Shown: positions 31,201 to 40,700 of the stretch, piece after piece
Numbering within the stretch: position 1 is the stretch's first letter
Layout: the number at the start of each line of letters is the position of its first letter
Translations under genes and position numbers: made by a program
The notes under the pieces: generated by a model
Seen by the model: only the letters and a program-made list of their open reading frames with translations
What the model was told of the DNA's origin: nothing
Databases searched by the model: none
Assembly: GCA_045539735.1 (NCBI GenBank)
Contig: JAZQFW010000032.1
Location: 11,827-75,826, forward strand
DNA length: 64,000 bases
Origin: Ructibacterium sp.
Lineage (GTDB): Bacteria > Bacillota > Clostridia > Monoglobales > Monoglobaceae
Direction of reading: 5' to 3'

Positions 31201-31637
31201 CCTACACTGTGGCACCAGCAAGTGCAAGTTCTGCGGTGACTCAGTTTGAAGCACCTGAGATGACAAAAGCAACCTATGGTGACTTCTTGATTCGCAAAGG
31301 TAACAATCTGATGTACCTGCCCAAACCCACAAAAATGGTAGACGGTCTTCCCTATGTTGCGGTTGATGGAATCATGACCCAGCTGGGAGCCACCGTAACA
31401 GAAAAGACCGATACTACCGTAACGGTCACCATGCCGTCGGGTAGAACTGCGGTGCTCAATAAGGATTCAAAGAACTATACCTTAAATGGCAGTAACAAAA
31501 CATTATCCCACTCTGTGTATTGGATTGATAATGAACCCTATGTATATCTGAAAGATTTTACAGGCAGCACGCTGTTAAATCTATATAGTTGTTCTTACAG
31601 TGCAAATAGTAAACTGTTGTCAATCACACTGCGATAA
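28221..31637 (+). CDS. Secreted heparinase II (PL21)-like lyase with an N-terminal CBM-like domain and a C-terminal copper-amine-oxidase-N-like domain
   Basis: Signal peptide; HPRVL, [56 protein letters not shown]. Confidence 0.85.
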   Translation: [1138 protein letters not shown]

Positions 31638-31654
31638 TAAAAACTGAAAATTTT

Positions 31655-31715
31655 GGAGTTTTTTGTTTCACAAAAAACTCCCCATAGGCATCAGCCAAGG
31701 CTGATGCCTATGGGG
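31655..31715. other. Two adjacent intergenic stem-loops
   Basis: GGAGTTTTTTG/CAAAAAACTCC, and a 17-bp perfect CCCCATAGGCATCAGCC/GGCTGATGCCTATGGGG; no U-tract downstream. Confidence 0.8.
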
Positions 31716-31812
31716 GTATACTACACAAAATAACACTAATTATGCTTTCCCCAATGTTCGGGGAGGAGGGTTTGCAGGAACTTCTTACCTGTCGCTCGAA
31801 AGGAGAAAATCA

Positions 31813-33921
31813 ATGAAATTCAACTGGAAAAGAATGCTTGGCATGTTTGTCTTATGCACAACAGCGTTGAGCGTTCGGGCGTTTGCCTTTGAGTGCGGAG
31901 ACTACATTAAACTTGGCACTTACAATCAAAGCGATATATTCTGGCGTATCGTTTCTGTCGACGGTGAGAAGATGACCTTGATGTCGGATGAAATCATTAC
32001 CTTAAAGGCATTCGATGCAAAGGGGACTCATACCGGAGGAACGGACTTCCACAAAAACGCAGGCAGCGGTCTGTGGAGTTCCTCCAATCTTCGTACATGG
32101 CTCAATTCTGCGGATTCTTCCGTAAATTGGGGAAGTGACCCTAAGCCAGCATCGGCGAATGTATCTGCCAATCCCTATGATACAGAACCCGGATTTCTTA
32201 CCAATTTTACAGCAGAGGAAAAAGAGGTTTTGACTACCGGTACATACGAAACAGTTTTGAACTATCGCAATGCGGCCCTTAAAAACAGCGGAGATGCAGC
32301 ACATCTTTACAGCCGTATTTCCAAAGAGGTGGCAAAGAACTTTGATGCAGCGTATAAGCAAACCTTGACCGATACGGTGTTTATTCCGTCGACTATGGAT
32401 ATTCAAACCTTAGCAAATGATATCTATACCTACGGGATAGAGTATCAAGTGGCACCTCTTGCACAACCGCTTAAATCTCTTCCCGGTATGGGCGACGGAA
32501 GCGGTTGGTTTTACTGGTTGCGTGATGCAATGTTCACCGGTGATGACTCTCTGGTGCGTTGCATGCGCCCCGACAATACAGTGGAATATGACCGTGCGAA
32601 TAACGGAACCATCGGAGTTCGTCCTATGTGCTTTGTCAAGAGTAACATCGCTATTTTATCCGGTGATGGTTCAAAATCCAGTCCCTATGTGATGCGTTAT
32701 ATTCCTCAAGTCCGGTTGGATGCGGCAAACAGTATCTGCCTGACCGGTTCAACTGCGAATGTACAACTTACTTCGGTGCTGCTGCCGGAGGGGGCAATCA
32801 TTAAGGTTTATCGTGGAAGTGAATATCTTGGCACAACCAATTCCAATGTAATTTCGTTCACGGTGAATCAGGGTGCCAATGTCATCACCGCAGAAGTTTA
32901 TGATGAATATGGTCAACTGAAACTTCTGGCAGAGCCGATACGGATTACCGGCGTGGACTTCCCCACAACCGGAAAAGTGAAGTATAACCTGACCTTTGAC
33001 TCGGTTGCAACCGGAATGCTCACCTCTGCAAACAGAGGCGGCTTCAGTTCCATGTCATCCTTTGATAATTCTAATGAAGAAAGAGATAGTTATGGAAAGT
33101 TCGAAGTAGTAGAAGACCCTGTTCGTGGTAAATTTGTAAAGTTTAAGGGACTTAACACTACAAGCAACTGTGGTGCCCAACTTCATAGTTTCCCGTCTAC
33201 CTATCAGGTAACCACCTTTGAGATGGACTTCTCGCTGCAAACCTTAAATGTAATGTCATTAAAAGCCTTTGGCTTTAAGACCTATGCAACAGGCGGTACA
33301 GAAACATGGATTTCCCCTCTGATGATTAATTCCTCAGGTGATTTGAAATTGCAGGAAGTAACAACTGAATCCCGTGTTCTGACTCAAATTGAACAGGGGA
33401 AATGGTATAACCTGAAGTTGCTTGTCAGCAATGCAACCAATGCATTCCATGTGGTATTGACCGAAGAAGGCAAGGCACCACAACTTCTGTGTTATAACGA
33501 AACTCTTGCAAAACCGTTTCAGTATATCAAGTACGGAGAGTTTGCGTTTAGAAACACCTCGACTACCCCGTTCTCCATGAGTGTGGATAATATTATCATT
33601 CAGGAACGAACCCAGAATGACAGCGGAGCAGACGATGTGATTGTCGGCGCCCATGTTTTGGACGACGGTCAGTCGGTCAGCGTTTCTCTCAATAACACAA
33701 AAGACGAAACAATCAATCCCATGGTGATTGTTGCAACCTATCAGAATAAGAAACTTCAATCCATTGCTTTTGCGCAAAAAGAAGTTCCGGCAAATTCCCC
33801 TGCGAGGGTCCTCATAAAGCCGGAACAAGGCATCTCTGTGGATTCAACTATCAAAGTCTTTGCATGGAGCGACTTCGATGGAATGATCCCGCTTGGCGAT
33901 GTGTTACCCATTACTCAGTAA
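31813..33921 (+). CDS. Secreted DUF6273-like protein with beta-sandwich domains and a C-terminal KVFxW domain
   Basis: Signal peptide; GDYIKLG, WRIV, WSSSNLRTWLNS, YWLR, GVRP; ends VIVATY...IKVFAWSDFDGMIPL. Confidence 0.65.
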   Translation: MKFNWKRMLGMFVLCTTALSVRAFAFECGDYIKLGTYNQSDIFWRIVSVDGEKMTLMSDEIITLKAFDAKGTHTGGTDFHKNAGSGLWSSSNLRTWLNSADSSVNWGSDPKPASANVSANPYDTEPGFLTNFTAEEKEVLTTGTYETVLNYRNAALKNSGDAAHLYSRISKEVAKNFDAAYKQTLTDTVFIPSTMDIQTLANDIYTYGIEYQVAPLAQPLKSLPGMGDGSGWFYWLRDAMFTGDDSLVRCMRPDNTVEYDRANNGTIGVRPMCFVKSNIAILSGDGSKSSPYVMRYIPQVRLDAANSICLTGSTANVQLTSVLLPEGAIIKVYRGSEYLGTTNSNVISFTVNQGANVITAEVYDEYGQLKLLAEPIRITGVDFPTTGKVKYNLTFDSVATGMLTSANRGGFSSMSSFDNSNEERDSYGKFEVVEDPVRGKFVKFKGLNTTSNCGAQLHSFPSTYQVTTFEMDFSLQTLNVMSLKAFGFKTYATGGTETWISPLMINSSGDLKLQEVTTESRVLTQIEQGKWYNLKLLVSNATNAFHVVLTEEGKAPQLLCYNETLAKPFQYIKYGEFAFRNTSTTPFSMSVDNIIIQERTQNDSGADDVIVGAHVLDDGQSVSVSLNNTKDETINPMVIVATYQNKKLQSIAFAQKEVPANSPARVLIKPEQGISVDSTIKVFAWSDFDGMIPLGDVLPITQ

Positions 33922-33966
33922 AAAATTATTAAACCATATAAATCCAATTATTAGGAGGAAAAAGTT

Positions 33967-35577
33967 ATGAAAAAGATAACAAAAGTTATCGCGTTGGTAC
34001 TGAGCATTATGATGCTCGCGTCCGCACTCTGCGGCTGCGGTGAAAAAGATATTAAAACCGCAGTGGTAGAAGGTAAGTATGGTGAGGGTGAAATTTCTTA
34101 CCCCATCGCAACCGAAGGTGAAGAACTTGAGTATTACGTTTGGCTCGCAGGTGAAGTTGCGGCACATAACGTAACCAGCATGAACGATATCGATTTTGTG
34201 AAAGAACTGAACAAACAAACCGGTATCAATGTAAAGTACACCAACCCGTCTTCTGCACAGTGGGATGCACAGTTTGACCTGTTGTTCACCTCCACCGAAC
34301 TGCCTGACATTATCCAGAGCAACTGGAGAAAGTTCAAAGAAGGCGGTGCTGACGGTGCAATTGATGCAGGCTACATCCTTGACCTGACCGATTTGATTCC
34401 GGTGTATGCTCCCAACTACTACAAATATCTGCAAGAGAACCCCAGATTGATGGCTGCAGCAACCTCTCCCAAGGGCAGACTCTACAGCATCGGTAGCATG
34501 AGCCACGACTTAGCACGCGGCACCTATGGTCTGTATCTGCGTCAGGACTGGCTGGATGAACTCGGTCTGGAAGTTCCGGAAACCATCGACGAATGGTACA
34601 CCGTCCTCAAAGCGTTCAAAGACAAGAAAGGCGTTAAGACTCCGTACTCTTCTGCATACACCAGTTTTATTGCTGACAACTTCTTCAATAATGCTTGGAA
34701 AGTTGGTAAACTCGGCATCGAAAATGGCAAAGTATTCTATGGTCCTGCAAACGAAAGATATGTTGACTATATCAAAACCATGCGCAAGTGGGCAGCAGAA
34801 GGTCTGATTGACCCCAACATGCCTGCAACCGGAACCAAAACCTTTAATGCAGCAATCCTGAATAATGAAGTTGGTGCAGCGGTTGGTTGGTTGGCATCCG
34901 GTCTGGGTACCATTTTGAGAAACGGCCAGAAACAAGACCCCAAATTTAACCTGGTTGCAGCACCGATTCCGGTTCTTAATAAAGGTGACCGTCCCATCAA
35001 TGCAAGCCGTGACATTACCATGTATTCTGACTGTGCAGCAATTTCCGCAACCAGCCAGAATGTAGAATTGGCACTGCGTTACCTTGACTACGGTTTCACC
35101 GAAAAGGGTGCAGAACTCCACAATTGGGGTATTGAAGGCGTAAGTTTTGAGAAAGATGCAGAAGGCAACAGTAAGTATACCGACCTGATTCTGAACCATC
35201 CGGATGGACTGAGTGTTGCTCAGGCTTTGGGTGCATACAGCCATGCTCCCTGGGGCGGTTGCTTCAAAAGTAATCAGGATGCTTATCTCCAGCAGTTGTC
35301 CCTCCCGCAGGAGCAGAATGCAGTAAAGACCTGGAACGATGCTGATGACATTACTCTGCCTGAGATTATTCTCTCCGCAGAAGAACAGGAAGCATACGCA
35401 TCTGTTATGACCGACATTGAAACCCATGTAAAAGAAGTTACCACCGGCGTTATCTTTGGCACCAAAGATGTGTCTGAACTGGAAAACCTGTCCAAAACAC
35501 TGTACGACATGGGTCTGCAGACTGCACTTGACCAGTATCAGGCTGCATACGACCGTTTCGTAAAGGCTATGAAATAA
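33967..35577 (+). CDS. Carbohydrate ABC transporter substrate-binding lipoprotein (LplA-like)
   Basis: Lipoprotein signal ALCGC; RQDWLDELGLEVPETIDEWYTVLKAFK, WGIEG. Confidence 0.92.
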   Translation: MKKITKVIALVLSIMMLASALCGCGEKDIKTAVVEGKYGEGEISYPIATEGEELEYYVWLAGEVAAHNVTSMNDIDFVKELNKQTGINVKYTNPSSAQWDAQFDLLFTSTELPDIIQSNWRKFKEGGADGAIDAGYILDLTDLIPVYAPNYYKYLQENPRLMAAATSPKGRLYSIGSMSHDLARGTYGLYLRQDWLDELGLEVPETIDEWYTVLKAFKDKKGVKTPYSSAYTSFIADNFFNNAWKVGKLGIENGKVFYGPANERYVDYIKTMRKWAAEGLIDPNMPATGTKTFNAAILNNEVGAAVGWLASGLGTILRNGQKQDPKFNLVAAPIPVLNKGDRPINASRDITMYSDCAAISATSQNVELALRYLDYGFTEKGAELHNWGIEGVSFEKDAEGNSKYTDLILNHPDGLSVAQALGAYSHAPWGGCFKSNQDAYLQQLSLPQEQNAVKTWNDADDITLPEIILSAEEQEAYASVMTDIETHVKEVTTGVIFGTKDVSELENLSKTLYDMGLQTALDQYQAAYDRFVKAMK

Positions 35578-35615
35578 ACGACAACTTCTACTTTTACATA
35601 GAAAGGTGATAGACA

Positions 35616-36605
35616 ATGGCTTTAAAGGAAAAATGGCAGAATTGGCGCGCGGAAAAAAAGCGCGCCAAATCCGCCGGTGACTATTTAAGCGTAAAGAAAG
35701 ACTTAAAACGCAACTGGTCACTGTATATTTTGGTACTACCTGTACTGATTTGGTATGTAATCTTTTGTTACCTGCCGCTGAGTGGTTTGCTCATGGCGTT
35801 TCAGGATTTCAAATTCAACATCAGATACAGTTTCTTGGGAAACCTGTTCCGCAGCGAATGGGTAGGGTTTGATCAGTTTGTAAAAATGCTCACATCCCCG
35901 TATTTCTTCCGTGTATTATGGAATACTCTGCGAATCAGCCTTGCAAGTTTAGTGTTCGGTTTCCCAATGCCGATTATCTTTGCAATTATGCTCAACGAAG
36001 TCCGTCAGGCAAAATTCAAGCGTGTGACTCAAACCATCAGTTATATGCCCCACTTTATTTCTATCGTGGTTATCTGTGGTATGATTAAGGACTTCTGTGG
36101 CTCTGGCGGTGTGATTACCAGCATTATGTCGGCTGTAACAGGAAAAGAAATCACCAACATGATGCTTGTGCCGGAATACTTTACCACCATTTATGTGGTA
36201 TCCGGTATCTGGCAGGAAGTTGGTTGGAGTTCGATTCTCTATCTGGCGGCACTCTCCGGTATCGACCAGGAACTTTACGAAGCAGCAACCGTGGACGGCG
36301 CAGGCAGATGGAAGCAAACCATCCATGTTACCCTGCCCGGTATTCTGCCCACCGTAATCATCATGCTGATTATGCGTTGCGGTAGTATCTTAAGCGTAGG
36401 CTTTGAAAAAGTATTGCTGCTCATGAATGACATCACCGCAGAAAAAGCAGAAGTTATTTCCACCTTTGTTTATAAGCGTGGTCTTTTGAACAAAGAATGG
36501 TCTTTCTCTGTGGCAACCGGTTTGTTGAACTCCGTTGTTAACTTTGCATTGTTGATGCTTGTCAACAAGATTTGTGAAAAGACAACCGAGAACAGTTTGT
36601 GGTAA
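35616..36605 (+). CDS. Carbohydrate ABC permease (LplB-like)
   Basis: LNEVR, QTISYMPHF, GWSSILYLAAL, ELYEAATVDGAGRW EAA motif. Confidence 0.94.
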   Translation: MALKEKWQNWRAEKKRAKSAGDYLSVKKDLKRNWSLYILVLPVLIWYVIFCYLPLSGLLMAFQDFKFNIRYSFLGNLFRSEWVGFDQFVKMLTSPYFFRVLWNTLRISLASLVFGFPMPIIFAIMLNEVRQAKFKRVTQTISYMPHFISIVVICGMIKDFCGSGGVITSIMSAVTGKEITNMMLVPEYFTTIYVVSGIWQEVGWSSILYLAALSGIDQELYEAATVDGAGRWKQTIHVTLPGILPTVIIMLIMRCGSILSVGFEKVLLLMNDITAEKAEVISTFVYKRGLLNKEWSFSVATGLLNSVVNFALLMLVNKICEKTTENSLW

Positions 36606-36621
36606 GGAGGTGCGATGAGAT

Positions 36622-37497
36622 ATGAAACGAACAAAAGGTGAAAAAATATTCGAGGTATTTAACCTCCTCTTCATGGTGTTTATGGTTTTAATCACCGTGT
36701 ATCCGATTTATTATGTACTCATGGCATCTTTCTCCGATTCCAGTGCCCTTATGGCACAACGCGGTCTGTTACTAAAGCCCGTCGGGTTTAGTACCTATGC
36801 GTATGAGAACGTGCTGAAGAATCAGGGTGTGTTCTCCGGTTTCAAAAACACCTTTATCATTCTGGGTGTCGGTATGGTGATTAATATGTACTTGACTCTG
36901 TGCGGCGGTTACTTCCTGTCCCGCAGAAATGTCAAATGGAACCGTTTGATTACCTTTTTGATTATGGTAACCATGTATTTTTCCGGTGGTATCGTACCGT
37001 CTTACCTGGTTATCAAGACTCTGGGTATGGAAGACACCCTCTGGTCTGTCATCCTCCCCGGTGCACTTAGTACCTATAACATGATTATCATGCGTACCGG
37101 TTTCAAAGGAATTCCGGATGCGCTGGAAGAAGCAGCCCGTATCGACGGAGCAGGCCATATGACCATTCTGTTCAAGGTCTGTGTTCCCCTGCTTAAACCC
37201 ACCATCGCAGTTCTTTCTTTGTATGCCGCGGTTGCATACTGGAACTCATGGTTCGGTGCTTCCATCTATATTCATGACAGAGAACTCTTCCCCTTGCAGT
37301 TGGTACTGCGTGAGATTCTGATTCTCTCCGATACCAGCCAGATGCAGGCGGGCGGCGGTGCTGCAGACGCAGCAGCCTTGGCAGAAAGTTTAAAATACGC
37401 GGTTATCGTCGTATCTTCTGCCCCGATTCTCTGCTTGTATCCTTTCCTACAGAGATTCTTCGAGAAGGGCATCATGGTTGGTTCTGTTAAAGGATAA
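36622..37497 (+). CDS. Carbohydrate ABC permease (LplC-like)
   Basis: MYFSGGIVP, LEEAARIDGA, YPFLQRFFEKG..VGSVKG. Confidence 0.94.
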   Translation: MKRTKGEKIFEVFNLLFMVFMVLITVYPIYYVLMASFSDSSALMAQRGLLLKPVGFSTYAYENVLKNQGVFSGFKNTFIILGVGMVINMYLTLCGGYFLSRRNVKWNRLITFLIMVTMYFSGGIVPSYLVIKTLGMEDTLWSVILPGALSTYNMIIMRTGFKGIPDALEEAARIDGAGHMTILFKVCVPLLKPTIAVLSLYAAVAYWNSWFGASIYIHDRELFPLQLVLREILILSDTSQMQAGGGAADAAALAESLKYAVIVVSSAPILCLYPFLQRFFEKGIMVGSVKG

Positions 37498-37522
37498 TTT
37501 TTAGAGTAGAGCGAAGTACATG

Positions 37523-37580
37523 GGGGACGGTTCTGCGTGCGCAGCAGCGCGGAGAACACAGAACCGTCCCCTGTGCGCAG
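37523..37580. repeat. REP-like palindromic element, copy 1
   Basis: GGGGACGGTTCTG...CAGAACCGTCCCC 13-bp stem; shares a 20-mer in inverted orientation with 41862-41881. Confidence 0.75.
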
Positions 37581-37716
37581 CGACTGGATTTCGTCTAAGA
37601 CGAATTCTCTGTACGCAACAAAGTAATTTAGGCTCCCAAAAAAAATCCACTGATTTTTTGGGAAGAGGAGGAACCGCCGAACAACAGGCGAGTTCCGACG
37701 AGAAAGGAGAAAAATT

Positions 37717-40700
37717 ATGCTTAAAAGAACACTTTCTTTTGTTCTTGTGCTGACCATGCTGGCAACTTGCCTCTTCATCCTGCCGGTCTCCGCAACCGAA
37801 GACTCTGCGTTTACCTATACCAAAGATGCAGGTTATTGGTATGACAGAGTTGTCATGGACAATGAAACATTTTTAAACAGAAGTTATACGCCCTCTGGCG
37901 TTACTTACGCCTATGACAGTGATGCGAAAACTGCTTCTATGAGCGTATCAACTTCAGATAACTATAAAAAGTTCTTAGATTTAACTAATCTTGAATTAAA
38001 CAACGAATCTTCTGGTGAGGTAGAAGTTTATATGACAATTCAACCCACCAAGGTTTCTGATGATAACTGGTTCCCGACCAAGAGTACATCATCTTACTGG
38101 TGTCTCTATCTGGATTCCTATATTGACGGAACCAGGGTTCCGGGCGGTGCAAACCAATGGAAAGGTCTTACCACCGGTTATTCATCAAACGGAGTATATG
38201 TTACATTCCCCAACTCTTCCAGCACCAAAACTGAATGGACGGAATCTACTGAAATTCCTGTAAAGTTTGTGATTACCAAGAACAACGGTGCACTTACCAT
38301 GAAGCATTATGTTAATATGGGAAATGGTTGGATTGACGGCGGTACCGAAACTACCTCAACTGCTGCATCCGGCTCTTTAACCGGCTTGGGATTCCGTTTT
38401 GGTTCCAATAGTAAAGACGGTCAGATTAAATACATTCTGTCCGATGCACAGATTATTGAAAAAACTCCTAAGACCGTTCGTCTTTCCGATGTAAGTGGTG
38501 AGTCTTACAACCTTTCCGATAAAAAGGATGTGAAACTTGACTTTGTTCTGCCTCAAGGCGTAACCGAGGCATCCCTGAAATTGGGTGAAGAAGAAGTTGC
38601 TGACTTAACCGGTCAGACCGCTGGCGCATACACCGGTACCCTTGACCTTGCACAAATCGGTAAAACCGGAACCTTCCCGGTTGTTCTCAGCGGTACCGCA
38701 AACGGTGCGGCGTTCAGCACCTCCACTACACTCAAAATCAACCGCCCGGCATTCGGTAGTTTGGATAAGAGCATCCTGTCTGACCCTGTGGCAGGTGGAG
38801 ACTACGCAGAACGCATTGCCATGACCAATGACGAATTTCTGGCAGCTGATAAGTTCTCGACTGGCAATACCAAAGTAAGCTATAGCAAGAGCGGAGATAC
38901 CAATATTGTAGGTACTGTTACTCAAACAGGAGATACAAGTACAGTTGCTTTTGCCGGTGCTCCTGATTTGATTAGAATGGATCAGGCAGGTACTCAGATT
39001 GTTGAAATTCAGGGTACTGTTGCACTTACAAACTATGACTATACTAAGGTTAAAACCGTAGAACTGCAGTGGATTCCTAAATTAAATGCCTCTACCAATA
39101 TGACTACTAAAGACTGGAAGTCGTTGCGTAACAATGCGGACGGTGGATTGTATAGTGGTAGTTCCCCAGTAAAGAAACCTTATGCAGGGGAAGATGTACA
39201 AATGAAATGGCGTTACACCTTTACCGACAGCACAACTGCCGGTGCTAAGGATGTAACCATGCAGCATTATTTCCGTCTTTCTGACCTGGATGAATGGACG
39301 GAGGCAGCAGATGCTTCTACATCAAAAACGGGTGTTACCAATGCAACTATTGGCGACATTCAACTTCGGTTGCGGCTTTCCGGCAGTCCGACAGAAAACG
39401 CAACTTGGGTACTGAAGAATTTCTCAGTAAAAGAGTTAGCATCTAGCGAGGCGGCAATCACCGATTTGAGCGACCAATCCTATGTTGGCAACGAATTGGT
39501 TCCAGTAAGCATTTGCTTGCCTGCAAATTATAAGGAAGCAGTGCTGACTGCAGGCGATACCGATATTGCAACCTTTAAGGGGGTAGCGTCAGGCGGTTAT
39601 ACTGCCAATCTGTCTATCGCAGGTCTTGGCAAAACCGGTCGGATTCCATTGACCTTAAGCGGAACTACTACTGATGGTAAAACCTTCAGCGCATCTACTA
39701 ACTTCTATGTTGCAGCACCGGCAGCCGGAAGTCTGGATGAGGAACTCTTTACCGAGACTCAGGCATCACCTTATTATGCTGAAAAAGTAATCATGAATAG
39801 TGACGAATTTTTGGCAGGTAATGCACATGTGGATACAACGAGTTCCATTTGGGATGCACCCGCTGCATCCGGCGGTGCAGCTTCCCTGACGACAAAAGGT
39901 TATGCCTATGTTAAACTTAATACAGTTGTTAACGGCACCGTTGATGCAGATGTCAATGTGTATGAGTTGACCACTAAGGTTAAAATGACCAATGCGTCTA
40001 CCGCAACCGGTTCTCCGTGTTTTGGTTTCTATCCCATTATTGGAGAAACTGTTGTTGCTCCTGGTTCTACCTATTTTTCTTTGGCGTTTAAAAAACAAAG
40101 TAGCGGTAGTTTCATGGTTTATCCTTACTGGAGTGGCACCGGAGTTGCCTATGACCCTGTAAATAACCCGAATGATTATATTGAATACAAAGTGGTTGTA
40201 ACCGTTGATAGTGCAAATAAAACCGCAAATGTTGTTCCCTATGCTCGTCTGAATGACGGCGAATGGGTACAGGGTACAGGCTTAACCAAGAGCGAATTGA
40301 CCGATACTGCACTGACAGGTTGGAATCTGGTACAGAATCACCAGAGCGGTGCCACAGAGGGTGCTTATTCACTCTATGATGCAAGTGTGATTGAAAAAGC
40401 AGCAACCACGGCTGAAATCCGTGACTTGAGTGCAGGTTTCTATACCCAATATGATACTGTTCCGGTTGACTTTAACCTGCCTACCGGCTACAAAGATGCA
40501 ATGATTACCGTGGACGGAACTCCAGTTGCTGTTTTTGATGCTGCAACCGGTGACAATGCAGGAAGTTGGCAGAGCAAACTTAACCTTGAAAAACTGGGCA
40601 AAGTAGGTGCCGTTACCATTGGATTGCAAGGTAACATGAACGGCGGCGGTACCTTCAGCAAATCAACTACCTTGACCGTAAAGGCGGCAACTGCAGGTGC

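Noticed and set aside
37581-37716. Riboswitch or ncRNA in the structured leaders at 37581-37716 and 31716-31812
   Set aside because: Hairpins are present but I could not match any known riboswitch consensus; an Rfam/Infernal search would be needed
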